A stretch of 28,155 nt of DNA from Psammoneis japonica (lineage: Eukaryota): assembly GCA_008632985.1 (NCBI GenBank), contig QPGO01000040.1, positions 501,719-529,873 on the forward strand, read 5' to 3'. The notes under the pieces were generated by a model. It was given only the letters and a program-made list of their open reading frames with translations, searched no databases and was not told the origin of the DNA. The position numbers were made by a program, and so were the translations under genes. This document shows, piece after piece, positions 1 to 10,429 of this stretch; within the stretch, counting starts at the first letter, position 1, and each line of letters starts with the position of its first letter.

Positions 1-2097
1 GGCTGGTCAAGTGAATACAGCGGTCCCGACCTTGGTGACGCACCGAACACTATGAACCTTGATGCATCTCATGGTAGCAATGCGATCATGCTATCAGTCC
101 AAGACAACAGTCGAGACGCCAATTTTTGCGTCTGGGAGGGAAATACATGGCGTAGTGTCCACCGTATGACAAGCGATACCGGTGACACTACAAACACAAG
201 GTACCCCTACTTGTTTCTATGGAAGCCCAGTCTTGGGGAAAGAAGGTCAGCCCCGGTGCCATCAAGACCACCTACAGTGCTACCGACATCGGCACCGACT
301 GATCTCCCTACCCCATCACCAACTCAGAATCCATCCAGTCGCCCTACAAGCGCAACATCTCCTGAACCCACTCCATTGCCATCGATAGCACCTACGATGC
401 CACCTACATCGATGCCAACCCCAAAACCGACGAATCGTCCCACCAGTGCTCCATCTGTGAAACTCACTCCTTCACCTTCGGCGAATCCAACAAAAGCACC
501 AGCTATGCAGCTTACATTTAATCCAACGAGTTCCCCAACAAGAACACGCACTGCTGCACCAACAGAAGCTACCCAAATTCCAACTATTGCGCCCACCCAG
601 AAGGTAGCTCCAATTCCGACCATGATGCCAACGCCGTTGCCGACTGCTTTTCCGTCAAAGGCGCCCACTCCATCACCTACAAGAGGTCCGCCCTCACTCA
701 AAGACCCAACGCCATCAAACTCTACGATACCTGCTTCAAGGCAAGGGACGACTCGCGACACTGGAAAGTTTTGCTTGAGCGATTCGGATTGCAAGTCAAA
801 AACATGCCGAAGCGGTGTATGTATGGCAACGTCTGAATGCTATCCAATAAGGCATGAATTCGGGTCACCCTTTGATAAGCACAGGATTAACATTGTGTTT
901 GTCGCCTCCGGTTTTGACACCGAAGATCACGAAGTGTGGCGTGCTAATGTCAACAGGACCTTTGGATACTTCGAATATTTCAAAATGTTTGACAAGGAAA
1001 TCGAAACCCTCAACGCCTTTATTGTGGATCCAAACGAGTTGGATTCGAGCTTCTGTGCTCATGGGTGTTACGGCGTTGATCGGTTACTTTGCTGCGATAT
1101 CGACCGAGCTCATGACTTGGCCAGCAAATGCTTTCCTGTCGGGTCTAATCTACAGACTATCGTCATCCATAACTCATTGGCCTACGGAGGCGCAGGCTAT
1201 GTCGATCAAAATGTTGCCACTGTTTCCATACATCCAAAAGCTCCATTGGTGGCAATACATGAGCTTGGTCACTCGCTCTTTGAACTCGGTGATGAATACG
1301 TGTACGGTGACGGAACCGACGCGGACCCGAATTGCTGTGAAACATGTGATAAGTGGGCGGATCTTATTGGAAGAAAGAATACGCCCCGAGGGTACCCTGC
1401 TGTGCAGTGCGTCCCTGGTTGCAAGGACGGCGAATACTACATTGGGTTCAACTCCAACATGCGTACTTTAAGCCAAGGCATTGGGGCGGTGAATGCTAGA
1501 TTCACGTGTTGTACCTACCTTGCCATAACGAAGACCATGCCTCCGTTCTGCCAGGCATTTGACTTTTCGCCAGGATATCTGTTGAATTACTGTGTTACAA
1601 ATGACTTCCAGAACTATGGTGCAGCGAACTACTATGATGACGCTACGACGCGTATTGGTGGAAATTCAATGCCAGTTGACGAAAGTCTTATCGATCTCTC
1701 CAAATACCTTTTCCTGAGAGATCCAGTGTTGGTGAAAGTTAAATTGCGAAGAAACGGCAAGGCTGTTGTCAGGGACGACCCCGCACCTTTGCCAACTGGA
1801 CTGTATCGCAAGAATAAAGTGAAAGGGGATTATGTTCGGCTTAGGGATGCCGCAAAGGACGGATTGGACTCATTGGTGAAAGTGAAGATCTTCTATAACT
1901 CTGGAAAGGAGACATTACTCTTCTCCAAGAAGACCCGAATCGATGTCCCGTTGCCACCTAATGACGGCAATACCACTCGAAATGATAAGCCCCGCCGTAT
2001 TTTTGCACAGTCAAAAGTTATTGAGATCATTGTGGACCTAAATGGTAGAAAGCTGAGGCGAGTTCGCGGACAGCAGGTTGATATCACCGCGAACTGA
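1..2097 (+). CDS. 5'-partial modular protein: N-terminal repeat-like region, Pro/Thr/Ser-rich linker, Cys-rich module, peptidase M64 (IgA peptidase-like) zinc metalloprotease domain
   Basis: Frame is open from base 1 (GWSSEYSGPDLGDAPNT-M). Contains PTxxPT repeats, CLSDSDCKSKTCRSGVC, INIVFVASGF, YGGAG and HELGHSLFELGDEY (the HExGHxxxxLxDEY motif of M64). Confidence 0.8.
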   Translation, partial: GWSSEYSGPDLGDAPNTMNLDASHGSNAIMLSVQDNSRDANFCVWEGNTWRSVHRMTSDTGDTTNTRYPYLFLWKPSLGERRSAPVPSRPPTVLPTSAPTDLPTPSPTQNPSSRPTSATSPEPTPLPSIAPTMPPTSMPTPKPTNRPTSAPSVKLTPSPSANPTKAPAMQLTFNPTSSPTRTRTAAPTEATQIPTIAPTQKVAPIPTMMPTPLPTAFPSKAPTPSPTRGPPSLKDPTPSNSTIPASRQGTTRDTGKFCLSDSDCKSKTCRSGVCMATSECYPIRHEFGSPFDKHRINIVFVASGFDTEDHEVWRANVNRTFGYFEYFKMFDKEIETLNAFIVDPNELDSSFCAHGCYGVDRLLCCDIDRAHDLASKCFPVGSNLQTIVIHNSLAYGGAGYVDQNVATVSIHPKAPLVAIHELGHSLFELGDEYVYGDGTDADPNCCETCDKWADLIGRKNTPRGYPAVQCVPGCKDGEYYIGFNSNMRTLSQGIGAVNARFTCCTYLAITKTMPPFCQAFDFSPGYLLNYCVTNDFQNYGAANYYDDATTRIGGNSMPVDESLIDLSKYLFLRDPVLVKVKLRRNGKAVVRDDPAPLPTGLYRKNKVKGDYVRLRDAAKDGLDSLVKVKIFYNSGKETLLFSKKTRIDVPLPPNDGNTTRNDKPRRIFAQSKVIEIIVDLNGRKLRRVRGQQVDITAN

Positions 2098-2402
2098 AAA
2101 CTGAAAACGTTAATATCTACTAAACTCCAATGTCAGTGCCCCCAACGTAGTAATAACAGATAGAGACGAAAAGGGCCCGGCACTCTAGAAGTAAAACGTG
2201 AAAGGAACACATGTATGCCACAAACCTCAGACTGTACAGCTTCTCCCAAGAGTTGCCGCCCGCCGGCCTGAAGCATCGTCCACCTCGACCTGTATTCCTT
2301 AGACTTCGCCATTCGCCACCTTCCTGGCTGCGGTAGTCTTGTATTAACATGGTTACATCAGGATTGTCCTCGCGCGAATGTTTCTTCTTAAGCATCGTCA
2401 AC

Positions 2403-2720
2403 CTAGACTTGTATTTCCTCAACTTGTGCCGCTCTCCTGCTGGTTTCCTTCATCTTGTATGGATACACTTCGGGATTCTCTAGATTCTTCTCGCGAGGAT
2501 GTTTCTTCTTGCGCAAATGTTTCTTCTTACGCAAATGCTTCTTCCTGCACAAACGCTTGTTCTTACGCGAGTGCTTCTGGTTACACGGGTTCTTCTTCTT
2601 TCGAACGAGATCTCGTGTTGTGATCGCCTCCACGTCCTTTTCGAACGCTGTGGTGAACGCCATGTTGCGGCTAATGACAACTGCCGCCAAGAGCATCGAT
2701 TGAATGATTAAAAGCTTCAT
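2403..2720 (-). CDS. Small secreted basic protein with (RKKKHL)n repeats; possibly truncated by a premature stop
   Basis: Signal-peptide-like MKLLIIQSMLLAAVVIS, then RDL, then Lys/Arg/His hexapeptide repeats. A related unit continues in 2230-2400 (KKKHSRED...; IQVEVDDA in another frame). Confidence 0.6.
   Translation of the reverse strand: MKLLIIQSMLLAAVVISRNMAFTTAFEKDVEAITTRDLVRKKKNPCNQKHSRKNKRLCRKKHLRKKKHLRKKKHPREKNLENPEVYPYKMKETSRRAAQVEEIQV
2490..2602. repeat. About 6 diverged 18-bp tandem units encoding RKKKHL-like hexapeptides
   Basis: gcaaatgtttcttcttac-like units. Confidence 0.8.
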
Positions 2721-3485
2721 GGTTACTTTTCTTCTTCAGAATTTCAAGAGGGTAGCCCCAGCTGTGTAGTATGGAAAGCATTCGAATTTATGACCATCCG
2801 CGAACAGTAGTTGCACCATCCGCGAACAGTCGCAGATTTCCACCGCCCACGCGTTATGCGTCAAAGACGCGACGGAAGTCTTGCCATGACTGGATTTGTT
2901 GCCTTGATAACGTTTGGAATTTGTGAGCCTGAGGTGGCGCCTTATGTGAAGATCCGCGATTGCTTTAGATGTGCCTTTACGAGTTGCTGAACGCGACGAA
3001 GAGTCTTGACATGATTGGCCATCGCGGCCAACGGCCAACCGCAACACAGTAACGTTCTCATTTCGCGCACCACAAACACGCTGCGCGACAACCGAAGTGG
3101 AAGTGCGGCGGCGGTGGGTGGGACTTACCGGAGGACGGACGGACGTCAACCAACATTCTCAGCATGTTAAGCACAATCAACTAATGGCAATCGATGATCT
3201 TTAGCGCGGCCAAAAAGCCAAAAAGATGGCGCGACATCCAACATCCAACATGATGGCGGACAGCGTGAGGTTTCAGACGGCGCTCACGGCTACACTGTTA
3301 TCTCATTCTTAATGGTACTGTGCTGTTAAACGAATGAGGGTCGACTTCTTCAGGAACCATCATTTCTGCATTCTTCGCTGATTCTTTGCATGAAGCGTCT
3401 GTGGTTAGTAGTCTCTTTCACCGCTTTTCCTCTACCGTTCCACTGTCTTTGTCGTCTCGACCCAGATCGAAATTTTGAAGCCATC

Positions 3486-5013
3486 ATGAAGACGAAAGAA
3501 GACATGACAACTTCTCTGGATTCGTCAGCCTTACAGAGCACCCTAAATGGTGGTGAGACTCCCTCCGTCAAGCGAATCAAATTGAATGACTCAAAATCAT
3601 TCGTCACGCCACGCAGCATCTCTACGGAAAATAGCGAAAACAAGCCTTCAGAAACATTTCCAACTCCGCTGTCTCAGGAGAAAGCCCAGGAATTGTTTCA
3701 ACGAGAAACCAAACACAAAACGACCTTATCGAGTACCAAGAAACGTACGGATTATCTAACGTGGGACGATTACTTCATGTCGGTCGTTTTGTTGAGTGCT
3801 CAGCGTAGTAAGGATCCCACCACCCCGACCGGAGCCTGTATTGTCAATAGCGATAACCTTATCGTGGGTATCGGTTACAACGGATTTCCTCGGGATTGTT
3901 CCGACAATGTCTTGCCTTGGCATGATTCAAATCATACGGAGAAAAATACAGACAAGACTCCTTGGCTGCAGACCCGAGACGCATATGTTTGCCACGCTGA
4001 AATCAATGCGATTCTCAACAAGTGCAGTGCCAACGTAAAGGGCACGAAACTGTATGTCCAGCATTATCCACGTAAGTTGTGCCGTTTCGTCTGAAATATT
4101 CTTATATTCATACTGTAAGGGCTCGTCTCATTTCAATCTTATGCTACACAACCTTATCCCGTTCAAATCTACAGACAACGAGTGTGCCAAGGTCATTCTT
4201 CAAGCTGGAATTCGAGAAGTTGTGTATATGACGGATACTCAACACGAAAAAGAGGAGTACATGGCGAGTCGCATCATGTTTGCCATGGCTGGGATCAAGA
4301 CTCGCCAATACACACCCACTCTTTCTAGTGTCGTGCTTGACTTTGTTCAAAGCATGGCACCGACAAGTGGACACGAGACGATGATGATGATTCCCTCCAA
4401 TAATCAAGCAACGGATAATCAAGACTGCGAGCGCATGCAGTTTTGCAAACATCTCTTGGCCACGGAAGTGGGCGATTCCTATGACATGTCCAAGGCACCC
4501 TTGATAAAACGACAAGACTACATGTCGTGGGACGACTATTTCATGGCCATGGCATTCTTGACTGCCCAACGAAGCAAGGATCCAAACACTCAAGTCGGCG
4601 CCTGTATTGTGGATTCGAAGAAACGCATTATTGGCGTCGGCTACAATGGTTTCCCCCGAGGTTGTTCCGATGATGTCTTGCCTTGGTCACGGTCCTCTCC
4701 CGAAGGCAGCTTGTTGACAAAGTACATGTACGTATGCCATGCCGAAGTGAATGCTATTCTCAACAAGTGCACCACAGACGTGGAGGGTTCCACGCTCTAT
4801 GTCGCACTCTTTCCCTGCAACGAATGCGCCAAGTTCATTATCCAATCGGGAATCAAAGAGATTGTCTATCTGAGTGATCAATACCATGACGTGGATTGCT
4901 CCAGGGCCAGCCGGGTCATGTTGCAAATGGCCAATGTCACGACGCGACAATATGTGCCTAGCAAACAAGTTATTGAAATTGAATTGAAAGAGGCTTCCAA
5001 TGAGGCAAAGTGA
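3486..5013 (+). CDS. DCTD: dCMP deaminase with two tandem deaminase domains; exons 3486-4071 and 4175-5013
   Basis: Two copies of WDDYFM...AQRSKDP...GACIV...GYNGFPR...CHAE.NAILN. The C-terminal domain has PCNECAK. A GTAAGT...TACAG intron restores the frame. Confidence 0.9.
4072..4174 (+). other. Spliceosomal intron (103 nt, phase 1)
   Basis: GTAAGT donor at 4072, CAG acceptor ending at 4174; splicing joins YP-H-NECAK. Confidence 0.85.
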
Positions 5014-5103
5014 AATGCGCAAGAATCAGGTATTCTTTTATTTGTACCCTCTATCTTTAAAGAGGGTACTTTAGTGATGCAGTATTGTAACTGTATTTGC
5101 AAC

Positions 5104-5760
5104 TTATCTTCGTTTCAATTCTCTCCGTTTTGGTTTGCGTCGTTTTCGTTTCGGCTTTTCTTCTTGTTGTTCGTTCTCTTGAAAGTATTCGTGCAGCATT
5201 CTGTCAATCTCCTTGTCACGCCCGGTGCGGTATCCCGCCATGAATTCGGACAGACATTCCGTCGCTAGCTTCATTTGTTCTCCCGCCCACCGTTTCAAGT
5301 CTTCTCCCGAGTGAATTCCAGTCTCGTCTTGCACCTTGTTCTTCCAATACGTTCCTTCCTCTTGAACAAAATCTAAGTTTTTACTGACATTCTCCTTGAC
5401 TGATTTCTTTTTCTGCTCGATTGTTTCAATCAACTCTTCCTCGTCTTTTTGTATTGTTCCTTCTTGTTCCTTTTCCTTTGGAACCAAAAAACCTTCCCAC
5501 GTGCTCTTGTAGTCGGTCCACGTCCACGACGCAACTAATTTCCATTCGTTCAAAGTGCGTGGCATTCGATGAGGCCCGTCCTCATTCTTTGATTTTGGAT
5601 TGGGCAGAGGCTGGCCAAAAATGGCAGACTCTTTTCGTTTCTGGTCAACTGTGAGATGGAAATTTCGGAGAAACGCCATTCGCAGCGGTACATTACGACA
5701 TTGAAAACAGTTCTGCAAGACGAAAAATCGAGTCGCCATGGACCTTTGGTGGCATGACAT
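5104..5760 (-). CDS. Hypothetical protein ('gene X'), possibly organelle-targeted
   Basis: 218-aa ORF with normal composition, Arg/Phe-rich N-terminus, charged helical core and basic tail; convergent with the deaminase gene. The start may be the ATG at 5739. Confidence 0.7.
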   Translation of the reverse strand: MSCHQRSMATRFFVLQNCFQCRNVPLRMAFLRNFHLTVDQKRKESAIFGQPLPNPKSKNEDGPHRMPRTLNEWKLVASWTWTDYKSTWEGFLVPKEKEQEGTIQKDEEELIETIEQKKKSVKENVSKNLDFVQEEGTYWKNKVQDETGIHSGEDLKRWAGEQMKLATECLSEFMAGYRTGRDKEIDRMLHEYFQENEQQEEKPKRKRRKPKRRELKRR

Positions 5761-6203
5761 TTTATAAAGGTGGCGGGCAATTCATACAACAAACGATTTG
5801 CGGACGGCACTTGAGATAAGTATCGTCATGTTTCTTGCTGCTTGAGTGTGAGAGTGATGAGTGATTTGCGATTGGGGTCTGGCGGCCTGCGCGCTGCGCG
5901 CAACCACTATTCTCCGTTCGCCCATCATCCGCCACGCACCACGCCACGCACCGTCGACCTCTCGTCGCCTCTCATCACTCGCTTCTCGCTCGCTCCACCC
6001 CAGCGACCTCATTCACGGTATAATACGCGTTACTTCGTCGTCATAATATATCGCGTTACTGTCGATAACAGTAACTGTCAACTGTTTGCGTTCACAGTCT
6101 GGACTCGTGAGATCACAGTGTTTGTGAAATACTGTGCTGAATTCGCCGAGACAAGAGTCGATTTTTGAGTGCAGCCGCGAATCCAGTTTGACATTGCTGC
6201 AGA

Positions 6204-7370
6204 ATGGAAGACGATGCATCTGCTAGAATCCTCGGCACAATGGCACGAGCTGCAGGAGAGTCAGAGGAGGTGTTGTCATCAAGGCGACATGTCGAAATTG
6301 AACCAGGGTGTGAAGGATACGTCAATGCCAGAAAAATTCTCGTGCGCTCGAAGGATTTAGTTGAATTGCCAGCCGAGATCGGCATGTTGCACCGACTGGT
6401 GGAGTTAGACTTGGGGTATTGCCAAAATCTCCAGCGACTGCCTCCAGAGATTGGGCGATTGACGAACCTCGAAGTGCTGCATCTTTTTGAATGTCGCAAT
6501 CTCGTCACCTTGCCAGATGAGATTGGACGATTGACAAACTTGAGAGAGTTGCGATTGGATGGTTGTGTCAAGCTCGAACGACTGCCTCTTAGTTTGAATC
6601 GGCTCTCACGTCTTGAGGTGTTGGACTTAAGTTCGTGTAAAAGTCTCGTGGGGTTGCCAAGTGACATTTTCCATTTGACAAAATTGAAAAAATTGTCCAT
6701 GTGGAATTGCGAATCTCTCACTCGGCTTCCCCCGGGAATTGGACAGTTGCATCAATTGGAAGACCTCGACCTTTCCGGTTGCGAAAGCCTCACTGAGATT
6801 CCTGTTGAGATTGGTCAGCTGTCGAACCTGAAAACTCTCTCCTTGCGTGACTTGTCGCATGGCGCACGAGAATTCTTACAAAACATTGGCACAAGCAGTC
6901 TGTCGAATTTGACAAAGTTGGGTTTGAGCAGTTGTCTTGATCTCGAAGAGCTACCTCCCGCAGTGGGATCATTTCAGAAGCTAGAACAGCTGAATGTCTG
7001 GAGCTGTAGGAATTTGACTCAAATTGGCAAAGAGGTTCTGTCGCTGCCGAGACTCAAACATCTCAGTTTGTGGGGTTGTGCTGCTCTCACTGTTTCTCCC
7101 GAAGAAATCGGCAAGGCTTCGTATTCTCTTGAAAGTGTGCAGATGCCCCACTCTGCATCCCAAGATGAAATGGACTGCTACTGCGATATGAACAAGGCCG
7201 GACGACACCTGCTGCGTCGAGAAAATGGAGTTCCTGATGCTCTCTGGCCGCACGTCTTGGCGGGTCGTCGAAGCGACGAGAACTTTATATTTTGGATCTT
7301 GAAGCACAACCCGAACTTTGTAAAGAAACGAGTCAAAAAAAGAGGAACCAAGAGAGCTCGCGAGGAATAG
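6204..7370 (+). CDS. Leucine-rich repeat protein (24-aa LxxLxLxxCxxLxxLPxxIG repeats), copy A
   Basis: About 10 LRRs of the plant-NLR-like type, a C-terminal NKAGRHLL...LWPHVL...FIFWILKHNP motif and an NLS-like KKRVKKRGTKRAR. Confidence 0.9.
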   Translation: MEDDASARILGTMARAAGESEEVLSSRRHVEIEPGCEGYVNARKILVRSKDLVELPAEIGMLHRLVELDLGYCQNLQRLPPEIGRLTNLEVLHLFECRNLVTLPDEIGRLTNLRELRLDGCVKLERLPLSLNRLSRLEVLDLSSCKSLVGLPSDIFHLTKLKKLSMWNCESLTRLPPGIGQLHQLEDLDLSGCESLTEIPVEIGQLSNLKTLSLRDLSHGAREFLQNIGTSSLSNLTKLGLSSCLDLEELPPAVGSFQKLEQLNVWSCRNLTQIGKEVLSLPRLKHLSLWGCAALTVSPEEIGKASYSLESVQMPHSASQDEMDCYCDMNKAGRHLLRRENGVPDALWPHVLAGRRSDENFIFWILKHNPNFVKKRVKKRGTKRAREE

Positions 7371-8153
7371 TGAGTTTTGTGTGGACGTTTTGTAAACATG
7401 TTGTGGAGCGGTCTCAATTCGATGACGGTAGATGCTGTGTACTGTAGACTAATGCAATGTAGCTTTCTATGAACGCGCTTGCTAGACCCAATGACTATCT
7501 CATTGATGCCATTAGAATGTAGCCATACCCTTTGTATTACGGTAGACCAATATCTTAATGCAACCAGCTTTACACGCGAAAGAGAGTGGCGACAATTCAA
7601 GAATCTGCATGTGGATTCTCAGTGAAACAGTTGTCGTATGGTATTGCCATTCAAAAGAAGCCATACGCTAGTTGAAACGCTTGTTACATGTCTTTACATA
7701 AGGACCTCTCATTGTCTCGTCGGCCCGAAAGCCACGTTGCGTTTCACGACGAGCATGTGTCACCGCAGGGACGTTGTTTCACGGTAAGAATGGCTCGGAA
7801 ATGATCCAGTTAAGAGCACTACAGCCGCAAAATCTCTACCGCGTAAGTTGTGTAAATGCACAGCGATAGTACCGTAGATGCACGTTACTATCCTTTTCGT
7901 TTCTTATGGACGTGATTCAGGTTGTAGCTATGCGCCTTCTTTAAATAATAACAGATACCTTAGCAAAGCAGACAGCTACTTACTTGAAAACTTCCTTTTC
8001 CTTCTACCTTGTGCCGCATCTTCCGACGATTGGGCAGATCATATATGCAGACGTATCCAAGCGTGCATACGGTATGTGAGTTGTCGAGCGTATTTTTGTC
8101 TCAATTCGTGATGAAAGCGCCGCTGTTAAACTCGTTTGATTGGCGCAGAGAAC

Positions 8154-8521
8154 TGACCAGCCACACATGTATATACTGGTAATATGCTTGATTCAAGGTT
8201 TGTCTTTTGCCCTGTCATTGTAATATTCTCCGTAAAGGAACGGATTATCAGTTTCCAAAAGGACTTTTGAGTGGGCTCGTGTGTCGATTCCATCTTTCAT
8301 AATTCCAAGTCAAACACGGAGCTCATGATGACTTCAAGAGCTCATTGGAGTGTGATACTGCCTTTTTTTCTCTGTATTTCGGTCGACATTGCATCCTCGA
8401 CCTCCAACAATGCCAATGGATACACATTTACTCACTTGATGGCCGAGCCAGCCGGCCACTCCAGACACGTCGTCACGATACTGCACATTGAGCCATCTCA
8501 AGTAGCTTCGACCCAGTCCTC
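8154..8521. repeat. ~368-bp segment repeated at 9396-9759 across the N gap (probable second haplotype or assembly overlap)
   Basis: Near-identical copies with a few SNPs/indels; the second copy starts directly after the Ns. Confidence 0.85.
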
Positions 8522-9363
8522 GGGAAAAGTCAAAAAAGTGTACCACCCGTGAAGTGCACTACTACTTCAAGTGCACTCTCGAGTACACTTATGACTCTCA
8601 GGTAGAATTGTACGTACTAAAGTAATGTCGTTAGTCTACGTAGCCATGTACTGCTCAATGCTTCATTCATGAATATAGATTGAAGATTTGACAATGACAC
8701 CACAATGACTTTTGAGAGAATTACTTATGTGTGAGGACTTTTCGGGAGAACTAGCGTGGTGTAATCGCCACCTTCGTAGAAATGTGTAGGACATGTACCA
8801 AGAACCTCCAACTTTGCTTTTTGGTTGCATTGGTTGCAATCAAAACAGTGCCAAAAGACAAAAGCAATTCACCGCAAAAACTTGCACATCACATTCCAAA
8901 ATACATGATGGATTTTTGGGAGAAAAAACTGGGTTGAAATTGATGTATCGGCTGGCCTTATCGATCGTAAAGCAAAGTACACTTAATTGTCCATTCGCGA
9001 CCAAGGCACGACTTAAGTAGAAATGTGTAGAAAATGTACTAAGCTCCTTATTCTGCACTTTTTCGATGATCTGGATACGATCGAAATAGTGCCAAAATAC
9101 CTAGACCAATTGACCACCAACACTTTTGCGGAAAATGGTAAATTATATGACAGAGCTTTAGGAGAAAAAACCGGGTTGAAATTGATGGCTATGCTGAACT
9201 TGTCGAACGGAACACAAAGTACACTTGGTTGCCCAAAAAGTACACTTACGACTGAAAAGTACACTTACGACTGAACGCCGCACGTAGAATTCTACATGGT
9301 CATCTGGTACATTGGAAAAGGTACACTTCAATTACACTTGAGTACACTCATTTGTCTTTCCTC
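8522..9363. mobile_element. Non-autonomous DNA transposon (MITE-like), ~840 bp
   Basis: Absent at the homologous sites ccagtcctc|aaa at 9759 and 28059. Imperfect TIRs (gggaaaagtcaaaaaagtgtac vs reverse complement gaggaaagacaaatgagtgtac, 17/22). Many GTACACTT/GTGCACT motifs and an internal ~241-bp tandem duplication. Confidence 0.7.
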
Positions 9364-9395
9364 NNNNNNNNNNNNNNNNNNNNNNNNNNNNNNNN
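9364..9395. other. Assembly gap
   Basis: Run of N. Confidence 1.
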
Positions 9396-10340
9396 TGACC
9401 AGCCACACATGTATATACTGGTAATATGCTTGATTCAAGGTTTGTCTTTTGCCCTGTCATTGTAATATTCTCCGTAAAGGAACGGATTATCAGTTTCCAA
9501 AAGGACTTTTGAGTGGGCTCGTGTGTCGATTCCATCTTTCATAATCCCAAGTCAAACACGGAGCTCATGATGACTTGAAGAGCTCATTGGAGTGTGATAC
9601 TGCCTTTTTTCTCTGTATTTCGGTCGACATTGCATCCTCGACCTCCAACAATGCCAATGGATACACATTTACTCACTTGATGGCCGAGCCAGCCGCCACT
9701 CCAGACACGTCGTCACGATACTGCACAATGAGCCATCAAGTAGCTTCGACCCAGTCCTCAAACTAAAATCCAAAAGTCCATGGCTTCTTGTTTTGCGATT
9801 TTGCTTGGTTACTATACAGCAAAGACGACTGACTGTAGTTCAGCCTGAGTCGGCTCACAGTCAACCACAGGAAGCGCAAGCGGTTGTTTGGGATGTTCGT
9901 CATTTGAGCGACAAAGAAAAATGCAAAACGGCCTCCGTTAAATTCTTCAAACGAAAATTTACCATCCAAATCAAACTGCTCCAGCTGTTGAAAACTCATT
10001 TCATCCAACGTTGAGGACAGTTCGACCAGTTGTGCGACACTATTCGAGTTTCCATTTTTGATGAGCTTGTTTCACACGAAAGCATCCCGTCATCAAACTT
10101 GTGCCAAATACACATTGGAAGTGGTGCTCTACCATTAGTTCGAACATTACTCAAATGCACATTCTTCATTCTTGTCTCTGTGCTGCGCGTCATCGTCGCA
10201 AGCTAAGCGAGAACACAGCGAAAACGTTTGCGCAGAGCGTACATCGAGCTGATGATCCTTGCTTCGGCTTCTGAGCGTGTTGATGTCTTCGATCCCGTCT
10301 TCGTTTTGGGTGCCGTGGTTTCATTTGAACGATGACCTCA

Positions 10341-10422
10341 CAGTACGTTCGCTGTCATAACATATCGTCACTGTCGACAACAGGTTCACCATCAAATAAT
10401 GTTTGCGTTCATCGTTCTGACT
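10341..10422 (+). promoter_or_regulatory. Copy of the LRR upstream segment (paralogues at ~6030-6105 and ~25615-25692)
   Basis: Shared gtcataa...ctgtcga(t/c)aacag...tgtttgcgttca...ct(g)gact block upstream of all three LRR copies. Confidence 0.55.
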
Positions 10423-10429
10423 GCCCATG

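Larger units (their letters stand above)
7420..10200 (-). pseudogene. Possible decayed minus-strand gene, interrupted by the insert and gap; paralogous to 26950-28155
   Basis: Sequence is conserved between the duplicated blocks but yields only fragmented ORFs in several frames; no family recognised with confidence. Confidence 0.3.

Noticed and set aside
324..1471. Antisense and alternative-frame ORFs over the M64 gene
   Set aside because: Shadow ORFs of the Pro/Thr-rich coding strand
3486..5013. The dCMP deaminase (or TDP1) as the enzyme causing the hypermutation
   Set aside because: dCMP deaminases act on free nucleotides, cytosine deamination does not give T->C/A->G, and gene adjacency carries little weight in a eukaryote
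8538..9350. Repeated GTACACTT motifs as a CRISPR array
   Set aside because: Short, irregularly spaced motifs inside a TIR-bounded insert; no cas genes; eukaryotic context
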